Source of the DNA: Paramecium tetraurelia
Lineage: Eukaryota
NCBI GenBank assembly: GCA_000165425.1
Contig: CT868060.1
Span: 124,001 to 188,000 of the forward strand
Direction: 5' to 3'
DNA: 64,000 nucleotides
A program made the translations under genes and the position numbers. The notes beneath the pieces are model-generated. The model did not search any database, was not told where the DNA came from, and was given only the letters and a program-made list of their open reading frames with translations. Below, one piece after another: positions 26,181 to 39,697 of this stretch (the stretch's first letter is position 1; the number at the start of each line of letters is the position of its first letter).

Positions 26181-27021
26181 TAGTATATTCTCATATGTTT
26201 AATTTTATGTAAATGGGACAACTATGCTTAATGACATTTTTATGATTCAAAATATTCAGATCACCCATTTTTTTGAATGCACTCAAATCTTATTAGATGT
26301 TACAGCAACGAATAAACGTAACGTATTAGAAAAATTAAATTAAAGTAGCCTAACAATTAGATTGCTACTTTTTAAATTTTCTATCATCGAAATTCGAAGA
26401 TCAGAAAGATAAAAATAGCCTTTTTGTTTGATGGTATTTATGTACGCAAAGCCATTTTTTTTCAATTTGACGATCTCTTTGCTATGGGAGAAGGTAAATA
26501 ATGATGATAAACAAAAAATTGGAAAGGTAAGACCGAATGAAATTTATTGATATTTCTTAATATTCGATAATTAAAATCAATAAATGTAACTAGAATAATC
26601 CCCTGCTGGAAGAAAATAATACAGTCCCAACTATATTGTACTTTCACAGTCACACTATTTCTAAATAGGAGATTGGCTATTCAGAAAATAAATATTCTTA
26701 AAAATCATAAGAATCCTCTTTTGACTAATGTCTTTGAGAAAATGAAAAGTTAAGACAGTAAATCTACCATTCATCATCATATTATAGTAAGTATTTGATT
26801 AATTCATTCTGAATGTTTACTAGAAATTAGTTATTAATTATGTTTATAGCAAATATATAGTAAGTATAGAATCAACATCATTAGACAACATATGGGAGGT
26901 TTAATATTCTAGGAGTCATATAAGTTCTTCATTATTATTAAGAAATTCAATATAATAACAAAGTAAATTATTTATTTAATACGAGAATGGGTTTAATTAA
27001 TTAATTTTTGTAATTAAATTA

Positions 27022-28345
27022 TCAATATAAACTCTTATCAACTTCTTTTGGAAATGGTTTAATGTCAGTGTCTAGCTCTTGTTCAATTTAAACCAAAGTG
27101 TCTTTATCTGTTTCGGTTATAAAGTTGACGGCCAAACCTAAGTGACCAAATCTAAATTTAGAATGAACAATTACCTTCCTGATCTGCCTATACGATGTAA
27201 ATAGGTTTCAGCAGTTCTTGGGAAGTCGAAATTTATGACAACGTTGACAGATTAAATATCAATTCCTCTAGTGAAGAGATCTGTAGAGACGAGACATCTA
27301 CCTACAGCTTTTCTAAAACTATGGAATACTTTATTTCTATCCTTCTAATTCATTTTTGCATGAATGTAGCTAATAGAATGAATGAAAATGCATACAAACA
27401 CGAATACCCAAATTCAGTGATTTTTTGAGTCAATAATTCTACTCTTCTTGCTGAATTGCAAAATATGATAGCTTTAATTAATTTCAAGTTTGCTGAAAAT
27501 GAAATTCAAACAATTGACTTTCTATTTCTCATCGATATAAAGATAGTATTAGGTGACACCCTTCAATGTCAATTCCTCCATCAAATTAATTTCTTGGATC
27601 TGAGGGACATGTTCATTAATGAAACCTTTAACATCAACAGGGAACGTTGCAGAAAACATCATGATTTGTACTTCTGGAGGAGCAAATTGAAGTATTTTAA
27701 CAATGAGTGGTTGGAAATCAACTGACAGGAGTTTATCAGCCTCATCCAAAACGAAATGTTTCAATTTCGACAAATCAGCTAGTTTCCTTTGGGCCAAATC
27801 CAGAATCCTTCCAGGTGTTCCAACCAATACATGAACCACCTACAATGATTTAACTCTCTACTTGTTTCAATCTATAGATATCCTCTTTAAAATCAGTGCC
27901 TCCTGTTGATACCATGCATTCCACCTTCATGTACTTACCAATATCCTTCACGAGACTTGACACTTGGAGAGCCAATTCTCTTGTAGGCACCAAGATCAGA
28001 CTCTGGATCTGACCTTCCATCTCCAACATTTCTAGAATTGGAATGATGTATGCCCCAGTCTTGCCTGTGCCATTTTTAGCTCTTGCTATAATATTAGATC
28101 CCGCCAAAGCAAATGGAATAGACTCTTCTTAAATAGGAGAGGGCTTCTCGTAATTTGCAGCTGCTAATCCTTGCATTAATTCTTATTTCAAATCGAACTC
28201 CTCAAACTCTACTCCCTTTGTCTTGGTGACATCCTTACAATTTAGGCAAAGACCTTACACTCGTCTTATATCGTGTGTCCTTCGGTTTCGGTTGTTCATC
28301 TATTGTTTGTGTTGTTTGTGGCTATTATGAATCACTTTGTTGCAT
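27022..28345 (-). CDS. DDX6: DEAD-box RNA helicase DDX6/Dhh1/Me31B
   Basis: [79 protein letters not shown]; four tiny introns; ends VDKSLY*. Confidence 0.97.
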
Positions 28346-28382
28346 ATTAATTATTTAAATAATATATATATATATAATAGTA

Positions 28383-29423
28383 TCATTCCAGCAATTTTCC
28401 AAAACATCTGCTCAATTAAGGTGTTTGCAATACCTTCCTGCTGAATAGTTTAATGTCCTGTTTGTTTGCAGACAAACTTTTGAATTGCTTCTACAACCCT
28501 TCCAAATACAACACATCCTCTGGTTTCGCATTCTGCACCCTATTGATCCAAATTCGTTTGTCCTATCTAAATATGCTTTACAACAAGTCATTCACTATCA
28601 ATTTGACCTGATCGAACAATTGCTCAGTGCACTCCTCAACTTCTTAATAAAAGAATTTCTATAACTCATTTATAACTTGCTCACCAATTAATATCTTCTT
28701 ATCTTATGGTTTACGATCATTATTGTACTTCTCTAATGCCAAAGCCATGAAATCAAATGCACTGATTCTATTGTTTTCGAAATGATTCATAAAATAATCC
28801 AGTAACTCCTAAACCTCATCTACTTGGTTCTCATACACTGTAGATATTATACTTTAAACTTGACCAACACTTAAGTATTATTTTTATAAATCTAGACTTT
28901 TCTTTGATTAATATATTGATTGTCCAATTTCCTTTTCCACTATCGCCCTCAAAAACAGATAATACATCAGGTCTTCTTCTTCGTATTCTTTTTGTAAGAA
29001 TTTCTTAAATAGAAACACATTCTCATCCTAAATCTGCATACAATCTTTTATGTCAATTTATTTGTTCTGAGCAAATCTCATCACATAAACACCAAAGTCT
29101 TCATTGACCACATTCTTTAATTTTAATTGCTTTGAAGCATCATCGAATTTCTTTGAGTATATCTCTTAAATCAAATTTATTGCATCTTCCCTTGTAAATT
29201 TCCTTCTCAAAGGCGACACTGATCTTGTTGGGGTTCTTAAATAAGATGATGCTCGTTTGATCTATTCTATCGACTTTCTACTCGGATCCACATTTTCTTT
29301 ATTTTACACTTTGAAACTAGCAGTGAATCCCTAATCAGATTGTTGGAATTCAATCTTGTTATCCACCAAAAATTTGATATATTTCTCTTTCTCCTATTTT
29401 GATAATTTGGCAAACTCAATCAT
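28383..29423 (-). CDS. Hypothetical protein, 346 aa, no intron needed
   Basis: Reads as protein under code 6, 1041 nt; LIQEIYSKK...FVLFKKFL-like and EEDLMYYLFLRA motifs resembling ciliate helical proteins; no family assigned. Confidence 0.75.
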
Positions 29424-29496
29424 AACTATTCGTTAGAAATTATTAAATACTATATTCCTGTTAATAAATAATAACAATTACATATATCCAATATTA

Positions 29497-29516
29497 ATAT
29501 ATATATATATATATAT
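29497..29516. repeat. (TA)n microsatellite in the divergent promoter between 28383-29423 and 29628-33434
   Basis: aatatatatatatatatata. Confidence 0.7.
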
Positions 29517-29627
29517 AGCTCATTAGCACAAATTCCACCCTCTTTTATAAATATATAAATCACTTGTAAATATCATTTTGCCATTATTATATGCTTCCTT
29601 AAAAGTATTAAAAATTTATTATTGATT

Positions 29628-32600
29628 ATGAATTTTATATTCTTTTTTAACATATTACTCCGGTAAAGCATTTCCCTTGAAATTACATCTGAAGTATAGA
29701 CTCTTTACTATTATCCAGGGGAAAACAAATACACTCCAGAACTTAGATATTACGTTCCATTTGAGTAACATTTATTAGACTCAAAAGATGCTCAATTTAA
29801 TATAGAATTAATGCAAGAAGTTAAAGTGGAGAAACATCATTTACCTTTTATTTCGGATTAAACTTAATTATACTACTTTCAAAATATAACAAGTGAATAG
29901 GACAACATGATAATGGTGTTGGATAACTCAAACTTGTATTGCTTATATTTAATTAAAAATTATTTTTTGAATTAATAATTAGTCATTATCCCACACTTTT
30001 GTAACATTACCTTACCATACCAATCATGCAGCAACCTATTATAAATAAAGAATTAAATTATTATTAGTAATTGCTAACTTAATTCAAACTAGGTAGCCAT
30101 TTCTATTATTAATTTTGATGGTAAAGTATTGGATGAAAAGGTCTTTGAAATTGAATCTACTTGTAAATTGCAAATCTCCTATGGGGATTCGATCTTATTT
30201 ATCTATTATTAAAATTGTAATTCTGATAATTTCTATAAAATGGAAATCGATTAAGTATCATATTAATATACCTCATTCAAAATTTATGACATTTCAAACA
30301 AGAATGATGATAAAGTAAACTCTACTTACAATTAAATAGAGTATATCAATATCTGCAATAAGTGGAGACATAATATTCTTTATAGCGATAAAATTGTGTA
30401 TTACAACTAGGAAATTTTGAGTTAGCCTTACTTCTTGGATTAGGTTAATTCAACAATATTGAAGGAATTTTTATTTTGCAAAGGACATCAATTTATTTTG
30501 TATATAGATAATGATAGATAGTAATTGAAATTTGATGACTTTGATTTAAATGTTAATTTTAGTCATTATATAAATTCTTTTTGGATAGACAAAATTTTAG
30601 TTTTGCATCGTAAAGATTAAATAATTGCTATAATAAATGATTAAATACAACAGAAAATAGACATAACCATTTCTTAATTGGTGCCAATAATTAATTCTAC
30701 TTATATCTTTGGACTTTACTAAGGACAATTAAGGCTATTTAAAATGTAACCTCCAACGCATTACCATTCATTTAATGTTTCATAGAAAATAATATATTTG
30801 ATTTTTTAAAGACTTTACAACCTATTTTAATTCAACTTAGGGTAATTGAACATAGAAGTACTAAATGAAAGTGAGCCTAGAATAATGGTTAATAAATAAG
30901 ATATTAATATTTTTTAACTCACAACTGAAGAAATCTGCTTGGAATAAGCTTAAATATCAAAAAATTTGCCGATAAATATAAAGGCTATTAAAGAAGGTGG
31001 AAAATCTTATTCAATTAAGTCTCAAAACACAGAGGCATACTTCATGAATTTTGATGAAGACTCAAAAATATTGCATTTTTAGAAATTAAATGATTTAACA
31101 AACGTTTTGATATCAATTTAATCCAATAATTTAGTCAATTTAGTGTTTTGCAAATTTGGTAAAGTTATATAAAAATATAAAATAAAAATACTGCCAAATT
31201 ATATTGATATTAGCATATTTTAAAAAACAAATATCCTGATCTTTAGTGAGGATTGCATTCAATATTATAAGATTGAAAATCCAGCATAAATTTTATAAAA
31301 ATAGATTCCATAAATAAAGAAAATAATAAAAGTGAATAATTATCACAACGAAATTGTTATTTTGTATGATGATTGTAGCAAATCAAACCTACTCTGGATT
31401 TTTGAAAATAACCTTATAATAAGAGAATAAAAATATTAATCCTATAATTGTACTTAAACATAATTAATTAATTTGTTTAGTTTTGAAAATGAAATTATCT
31501 ATAGATCTACTTGGATAGAGAAGTATGTGTAGGAAGGGAAAGTGGTGAAGATTTTGGAAGATGTAGAGTAGAGTCTATATCTAGTAATTGTAGAAGTAGG
31601 AAATAGATTGATACTCAAATTTTTTCGCTATTTTAAAAATGACTTCACTTTTATGTACAATGTTCCTGCCTACAATTTTATATTTGAACTTTCTGCCACT
31701 TATAAATTCCAAAGCGGTTATTTGATGCTAAATGCCAAAAATTAAGGTAAAACGTTTTTGCTAGTATATTATTTAAAAAATTAAGCCATTAATTCTCTAA
31801 TATATGTTACTGAAATTGATTCGTCGCCCTAATTTTTTTCATACTATGATATAGGCAGCAAAAAAATAGCATTTTTAAGAGATAGAAAATTCTAATTTAG
31901 TATTTTACATTAGATTTGTATGAATTACACTTTTACTCAATAAGGTAGCATCATATAGGTTAAATAAGTCTCGTTGGTTTTAAACACACTTATCAATAAT
32001 TTGACTACCTTCCTAGACGTGATGATTTTTAGTTTATATAGAGATTACTCGCTTAGTTTATTGAATTAGAAGATGAGAATTATAAAAAATTAAGATCTTA
32101 TTGATTGGAATTCGATCACAGGAAATATTGTAAATTTTAAAGTTTAATCATCTTAAAATATTACCATAAATGTACCTCTGAATATTACATAAGAGTACTT
32201 TTCATGTTTATATTTTGAATCTAATATTTGTTTAAGAGATAAATATACAATTGAAATAAAATCTCTTAACATAAAAAATTGTTTTACGTTTTAAATTACT
32301 GATAGCTAAATTAAAAAGATTGTTTTTAATTAAGAATCTCTCACCTATTCAATCTTTTCGAATGAAATTAATTTTGTCTAAAAATTTATAGTATAAGTGA
32401 ACAAAGATAAGCCAGATGAATTTACACTAATCAAATTGGAACTATCTACACAATTAATTGATTAGGTTTGGAAGATAAAAGGGATCAAGGAAATTGATGT
32501 AATTTTTATGTCAAACAAATTAGATGTATTCATGTATTACAACAACTGCTAAATATTTGGTTTGTTTAACAATCTTGCTGTTTATTACCTATTTGATGGA

Positions 32601-33434
32601 GCTTAGCTATCAAATAATATATATTTATTTTTACATTGGAACTACTCATATATTTAAATATCAGTTGTTTCATTTAATAATATTTAATTAGGTTCATAAT
32701 GTTAATTGAAGTGGGATATTATATAGTATCATGATATTAAAATTTAAAAAAAAATCGAAAAAATATACTCACATCATTTTCATAAGGAATTAAAGTAGCT
32801 ATAGATCATTAATTTAGAAAAAAGGGAAGACTTATTTTTCATTAAGATTGCTTTGATTTATAAGCATTACTTTACTTTATTATATGAAGTTTCCTTCAAT
32901 CAAGTTAGTTATGATAATCTAGTAATTGAATCATATCGATTTCTAAGATATGAATTCAACACTCTATTTTTGGATTTACTTTACGCAGATAATAATTTCT
33001 TAGTTTTGACACTCTAAAAGGACTCCTAAGAATATATTCATGTGTATGATATCAAAGGGGATATGAAGTATAAAGATTACTTGGATAGTATTTAGAGAAT
33101 AGAATCATTTAAGTATAAAAAGATAGAGAAATTTAACGAATCTCATTATGTTATTTATAGTGCGAATAGTGGTGGAGTCTACTTTATGACTTTAAATCCA
33201 TTTAAAATAGAGTGTTAAGGTCAATGCAATGAAACAGCAAATTTAATACTCACTAATGATGTATCAAGCTTAAGTTTAGAAATATAATTTAAAAATTCGT
33301 CACTTTTTAATGTTGAATTTACAATCAAATCAGAAATCCTTCTAGCTAATCTGATATTTATCTTGATTATGTTGAAACTAGAAAAAAGAGCAAAAGAAAT
33401 TTAAGTAAACCAGTATAAGATAGGAATTGAATGA
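29628..33434 (+). CDS. ~1268-aa single-pass membrane protein (signal peptide, large beta-rich ectodomain, C-terminal TM); family member C
   Basis: MNFIFFFNILLRQSIS; 3807 nt divisible by 3; CLYLIKNY, LPAY/NFIF-like, DSIQRIE...FNESHY, IECQGQCNETANLILTNDVSSLSLEI then hydrophobic LLANLIFILIML; motifs shared with 52876 and 56902 genes. Confidence 0.8.
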
Positions 33435-33567
33435 TATATATATATAATATATATTTTTAGTTAGCATTTTAAATGCTTGTATATATATTCCAGTTATTGT
33501 ATATTATTTCTGAATTGATCACAAATATTTTACTATATTATAGGAAAATCAATAATAAAAAATCTAA

Positions 33568-36500
33568 ATGTTTGGAGATACATTTGAAACAGTGGAGGAG
33601 TTATTGAATCCAACAATTACTAATTATCAAACAAGAATGGCCAGAAATTGTGCAGATTATATGGAGCTGCCAGAGCTTCCAAGACTGAAACATTTTGCAG
33701 GTCTAAAAAATTAAGGTGCCACATGCTACTTGAACAGCTTAATACAATCCTTTTATATGTGTCCTGAGTTTAGAAAAGTCATTCTGTCACTGCCATTATG
33801 CAAAGAAACAATTGAGGACTCATCTAACTTGGCTAAGAATGAGAGCAGAAATAGATTCCTATTGGAATTTTAAAAGCTATTTATTTAATTGCAGAGTTTG
33901 TAATCTAAAGCGACATCAACAGAAGCCCTAACTTCAAGTTTTGGTTGGAATGAAGGTCAGCAAATGTGGCAACAAGATGTGTCGGATGCAAATAAGTAAA
34001 AATGACATAAATTTATATTTAAGAGTACTATTTGAGACCCTTGATCGATCTTTATATGGCACTCCTTATATAATTGCACCATTTTACAAGGGAGTGGTAT
34101 TTCATCATATAACATGTTTGAATTGCAAGAATTCTCATGGAAATGAAGAAATCATGTATGACTTGAACATTTAAGTGGAAGGCAATAAAAATTTATCTGA
34201 AGGATTATTCAGTTACATCAATCCTTTTTTGTTGGATGGTAACAATTAGTATTTTTGTGATCTTTGCGGCATTAAGGTATTATTATTCAATATTTTAAAA
34301 GGTAGATGCATTGAAAGGGGACAAGATCAGAAAATTGCCACCTATCTTGACTGTGACTTTGAATAGATACACATTTGATTATGAGAAGATGCAAAGAGTG
34401 AAATTAAATGATAGATTTGAGTTTCCTTTGGAGATCGAGATGGGAGTATATTTGGAAAATCCAGTCGATAATTTAGTCTATGAATTATAAGGGGTAATAA
34501 TTCATAGAGGGAATGCTCATGGAGGACATTATTTTGCTTACTTTAGAGATCTATTGGATGAAGGAGATTGGCTATCTCACATTCCAGAATATTGGTAAGA
34601 AAAGGAAGAGATCTAATAGTAATAAAAGAAACAGAACGCAGATGAAATTGACTATGATGAAGTGAAATTGCCATTCGAGATTAGCAATCCTAAAGTTGCC
34701 CAAGGATGGTACGATTTTAATGATAGCTCTGTTATTCCCATTCCTGTCAATAAGATATAATAACAATATCAGGGTTCAGAGAGTGCCTACATTCTGATTT
34801 ATAGAGATAGGAATTTAGTACCATCCAAATTATCAAATGAGGAAATACCTAAATATTTATTTGATTATGTGAACAAATTAAATGAAAAGATTGAGTAGGA
34901 CAGATAAGCATATGAGGAAGCCAAACAACACATTATTATCTCAGTAGCAGATGCCTCAGTTGTTGATATATAAGATCATAAATTACTTAATGAGAAGTAT
35001 GAGAAGGGGACATACAAATTAAAATTGTCAACAACAGTCAAATAGTTGTATGAATAAATTAATAAGGATGAATATTGGTTATTGGAATTTTAAGAAAATT
35101 ATTAAACTAAGTTATTGCATTTCCCAAGATATTTGAAGAATTTAGAAAGTACATTAGAAGAAGAGAAAGTTGGACACGAATCTACTTGGATATTGGTAAA
35201 GAAAGACTAAGACATCCCTTAGGTGGGATAGCAGAAAGTGCCTTACCGTCTTAATTTTATCATTAACAAGCAACCCTAATCTTTTCTATTGTATACCTCT
35301 ACAACGTTGTTGGAATTAAAATAATTAGTATTCGCTCTCTCTGGAATTCCTGAAAACGAATAAGAATTAAGAAATACTCAGAATTAGAAAGTAGTATCAG
35401 AATTGGCTGATGAAACATAATTAGGAGAAATGTAATTAACTTTGGAGACTTAAATCTTGGTTAAAAAGAAGAATCAGGTTTAGACTGCTAGTAAGAACCA
35501 GAAGGATTAAAACTAATAATTAGGAGAGGAAATTATATCAATTCTGGTTGAATAGGATGATAAAGTTGGAGTTTCAAAATTTTGTAAAAATCCTTATTAT
35601 ATATTTAGATGTGAATATCAATTAGACTATCTAGGAATTGATAGAATTTATTAAAGAGTAATTTGGATTGACAGAAGCTCATCGATTAAGAAACCTCAAT
35701 GGAAAGATTCTATTCTGTAAATCAGACCTTTCAGTATAATTAAAGGAATTCTAAGATTTTAGAGAAGGGTAATTTTGAATTTTAATAATATCTTAGGGGA
35801 GCGAGATTGCAAATCGAAAAGGGAGAAGTTCCTGAAACTGGAAAGATTTCAATTGTGGTTTAATATAAAGAGTAGAATTTTGAAATACATGTTGACCCTA
35901 GGTAAGATAAGATTGAACAGATCAAACTTGAATCTTGTAAATCTTTTAATTTAGATCCTGCTTAACACAGACTCTATAAGGTAGATTGGTTACAAGTACC
36001 TTCTGAAGGATTGACTGATGAGGCAAAAACAATTTCTTAATGTTATCTAAGAGATAGGGATTTAATCATACTATGTGAAAGGACAGCATAAATTGATTGT
36101 GAATTGATAAGATTTTAGCTCTATTCAACAACTACTGGCTATCCTGATGATTGCGTCTTTTAAAAGCACGAAACCATGAGAAAGGATGCCACTGTGAATG
36201 ACTTGAAATAAATGATTATTTCTAGTTTTGGATTGAATGTCAATATTGATCAATTGAGAGTCAGAGACATCAATAAAAACAGATTCTTTGGATAAGTGTT
36301 TAGAAAATTAGAATTACCTCTATAGAAAATTTAATTCTCCACTAATGATATTGTGTATTAGGTATTAGAAAATCCAGAGAATCTACAAGAGGATGAAATG
36401 CTATTATTAATAAAGGAGAGAGACCCCATAAATAAAGTATATATCAAACCATAAGAATTTGTCTTTAAGGTATCCAAAACTCCGACTCTTTTGGAATTGA

Positions 36501-36990
36501 AAGATTAAATTTCAAAGTTTGTGGGAATTTAAGAAGGAACTTAATTAGAATTAGCTAAATTTGTAATCTACGAATTTTAATGGTTGCATATAGATCCTGA
36601 TGTTATAGAGAAATAACTATAGGGTAAAGGTAAATAGGGTAACTAAGGAAATTAAAATAATAAGAAAAAAGGTTAATAGGGTAAGAATTAATAATAATAA
36701 TAACAATAACAATAATAAAATCCTTGCTAAAATTTAAGAAAAAATCCAATCAACTTAAGTGAAGGAGGTATTTATTTCTAATTATATCTATATAGACTTT
36801 ATTGGGTACAGATTAGGTGATCATCCTAAAGATGACTTCCAAACAAAAGAAGATAATGAGGTAATTATAACCTTTATAATAAATTAATTAGCTCAGGGAA
36901 AGAATGATCGCTGCTCGTAAAAATAAGCATAATGCCTTGGGACCAATGAGGCGACAGCAGGAATAAGGATTTGCTGTAGCTATTGAATGA
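33568..36990 (+). CDS. Ubiquitin-specific protease, USP40/USP47-like, with C-terminal ubiquitin-like regions
   Basis: Cys box GLKNQGATCYLNSLIQ; SFGWNEGQQMWQQDVSDANRVLF; His box IIHRGNAHGGHYFAYFRD; WYDFNDS...YQGSESAYILIYR; several small introns. Confidence 0.92.
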
Positions 36991-37033
36991 GGAATTCTAT
37001 AAATTTATCATATTCTATATGTTTATTAAATTA

Positions 37034-37798
37034 TCAAATGATCAAAGCTCCCAATACAATTAACCCTGATAATAAGAGGTCGAAACAACTCATGCAATAG
37101 CCTTTGAAATTTCCTTGATCGTCCACATTATTTGAGCTGAATGTGTATGTTCCTAAAGTATTCAAGAAGCATGTATTGTACGAATATTTGGAAACTTGGG
37201 CTGTTGTAGCGGGTATGCAGTTTCCATTTTACCATGTACATAATTATAAACTCTTATATGCGGTAGTTGTAGCATAATAGAGGCAATCTTCCTAGGTTCT
37301 CAAATTTGGACATCCAATAGGTTAGCAAGTACCTGACCCACCTGTAGCTGATTCCCACTTGCATGCCAAACCATTCTTAACACATTCAACACTTGTGGTA
37401 CAAGAAGCACAGTTAACAGTTGTTGAGCTTCTTGTAATGCAAGTGGTAGCACTTTTAGGGTCAGGGGCACAAAATATATTTGCTTCTTAGCATGAAGTGA
37501 GACCATTCTGAGCATTTAATTAGATCGATCCACAGTTAAAGTGTTTCAATTCTGTGCACGCTAATCCAGTCCAATAGCACTAGGAGTTCAATGCGCAGCT
37601 ATATTGATCTGAAACTTTTGAGCAATTGATAGATTCACATGAAGATGATTAGAAACTCCATTAGCATCTATTCGCCAAAGTGCAATCCAATTAAGAAGAA
37701 ATTTAGCTACATTGACACACATCTGAAGGAATGTTCACGATAGCATTTTATGCTCCATATGCTGCTATTATCAAGAGTGATAAGCCTATAAATATCAT
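37034..37798 (-). CDS. Mini-antigen-type GPI-anchored Cys-rich surface protein, 254 aa
   Basis: MIFIGLSLLIIAAYG signal; VCQCSQISSQLDC...CQW...CYW...CTW...TCFLNT...YCMSCFDLLLSGLIVLGALII*; 765 nt, no intron. Confidence 0.88.
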
Positions 37799-38297
37799 AA
37801 TTTATTGAATTAAATGATTCCTGCCAGATTATTTTCGTATTTTAATGATGTTATCATCTAATAATCCATAAAAGAAATTTATTATATGTAATTTTCTAGT
37901 AATTATACAAATTTTATATAGAATGCATAAATTTCCTAAATTTCCCTTATTACATCATCTATCCTCTCATTTAATGAAATTTTTAATATAATAACAATTT
38001 GATTTTCCTAATTATTCTTAAATTAAGCTGTAATTTATCTATATTGATTTAATCTTGTTATTTTATAGATTGAAAGATATTAATTAAGAGCATGCAGGAC
38101 TTTCCTCAGTTTTTGGAAAGCTATCATTTAATTTTTGTTAATCCTGCTTTCTTACTGAAATGGACAGATGACAGAAATAGTGATTAAGTTTGGTTTGTAA
38201 TTTAAAGGAATTGGAGACTGATTAAATATGATAAATTTAAATCATTAAATGAATGAATAGAACTATGTGTTAAATTATTATAATTATCTTTACTATA

Positions 38298-39440
38298 ATG
38301 ATAGATGCGAATCAAACAGAAATAATAATCAATGGGCCATAAAACCCACAAGTTTAACCCTAATATATCGAACTTAATGAAACGACGGAGACAACACAGG
38401 TGAGATAAAACTAAACAGTTAATCTAAAATCTAGAAAGGAGTTCCTTGTTTAATACTACAGAAAAATCTAACTTTAATTTGCCTACTTAATACTGTTTTT
38501 CCAGCTGGGATCAGTGGAATGGATAGGTCAAACAGTTGTTGATATAGGACATCATTCAACGGAATTTAGATGGACATTCTATATAGTTGTGATTTTGCTC
38601 ATTTTGCTTGGATTAGGATTACCGATTATTCGACAAAATCGATTGATAGTAAAAACTCTTATGTAAACTAGGTGTAACACTAGAGTCACATTTTTAGGGT
38701 TTAATCTGTTCTATTAGGGTTTTTGTTGATTGGGGTTAGTAATTATTAGATTTATAATCAACATTTTAATTCCACATCATTTTGGATAGAGACTTCCTTA
38801 TTTATATTTATGTTTAATAATTTGGTTTAGATTTTTGTGGTGAGACGCAATCTAACTCACTATGGGTATGCTTATATAAAGTGGACAGTCATTGGATTTG
38901 TGAGTTTGAATGCTTGTGTAGCATTGAGTGGATTTGAATTAGATCGATCTTTTGCAATCGCTTAAGCAATCATTCTTTATTCACTCTATTATTTTAATCA
39001 ACTGAATGCGACACTCTTGAAATTGCCTCATGAATTACCTGAGGAGGAATCTATTTTAGATAAAATTTAAAATATCAGAAAAATATCTTAAATATGGAAT
39101 GAAGAAGGGCCATAAAAGGAAAGTATCTAATAATTAAACACTACACATTACGTCGTGAATCGAAAAATAGCTACTCTTGTAGCAGGAAGCATATTCTACC
39201 TTTTAGTTCTAAATTTGTGCATTTTATTTGACAATACTTTGTTTTTGGTTATATTTATAGTACTTTCTTTGTCATTACTAAGTTTGGTTTTGAACATTTA
39301 GATTGCTTCAAAAGTAATGTTATTTATAAATCATTTAGTCATTACAATAAAATGACGTTGAATTTGCTGTGTGTTTGACCTACATGGATCTATTGAGTCC
39401 ATTCAAGAATATTATCAAAAAAAGTACAACGCTATAATGA
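38298..39440 (+). CDS. Multi-pass membrane protein, divergent Bax-inhibitor-1/TMBIM-like
   Basis: RKEFLVQYYRKIQLQF at start of TM region; multiple hydrophobic segments; C-terminal NDVEFAVCLTYMDL resembling TMBIM D/E-Y-x-x-A...Y-x-D; start may be 38253. Confidence 0.55.
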
Positions 39441-39697
39441 TTTATAAATAACAAATAAAGAAAAACAAAACAAAACATATCTATATATTCATAGAAAAAA
39501 ATTATCTAAATTGTGTTCACATATGGTCTATTGGTTAGAAATCTTACTTATATTATTCAAGATATGTTTATTTCTGCATGATGCTCCTCAGTTTAATACT
39601 GTTTAGTTCAATACTAAGCATAGGAAAGGAATAGAATTCATCTCATATTTATTTTATGTTACTGATAGATAATAAAACATGATATAATTATAAATAG

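Noticed and set aside
26501..26812. Possible C/D snoRNA (ATGATGA...CTGA) or hydrolase relic (PTILYFH) in the gap before DDX6
   Set aside because: The boxes are ~300 nt apart with no terminal stem, and the peptide similarity is only 7 residues.
39435..39440. Several genes end TAA-TGA (also 44592 and 62163), suggesting residual stop use of TAA
   Set aside because: TAA is the commonest Gln codon here; three cases among ~31 genes is not convincing without a genome-wide test.
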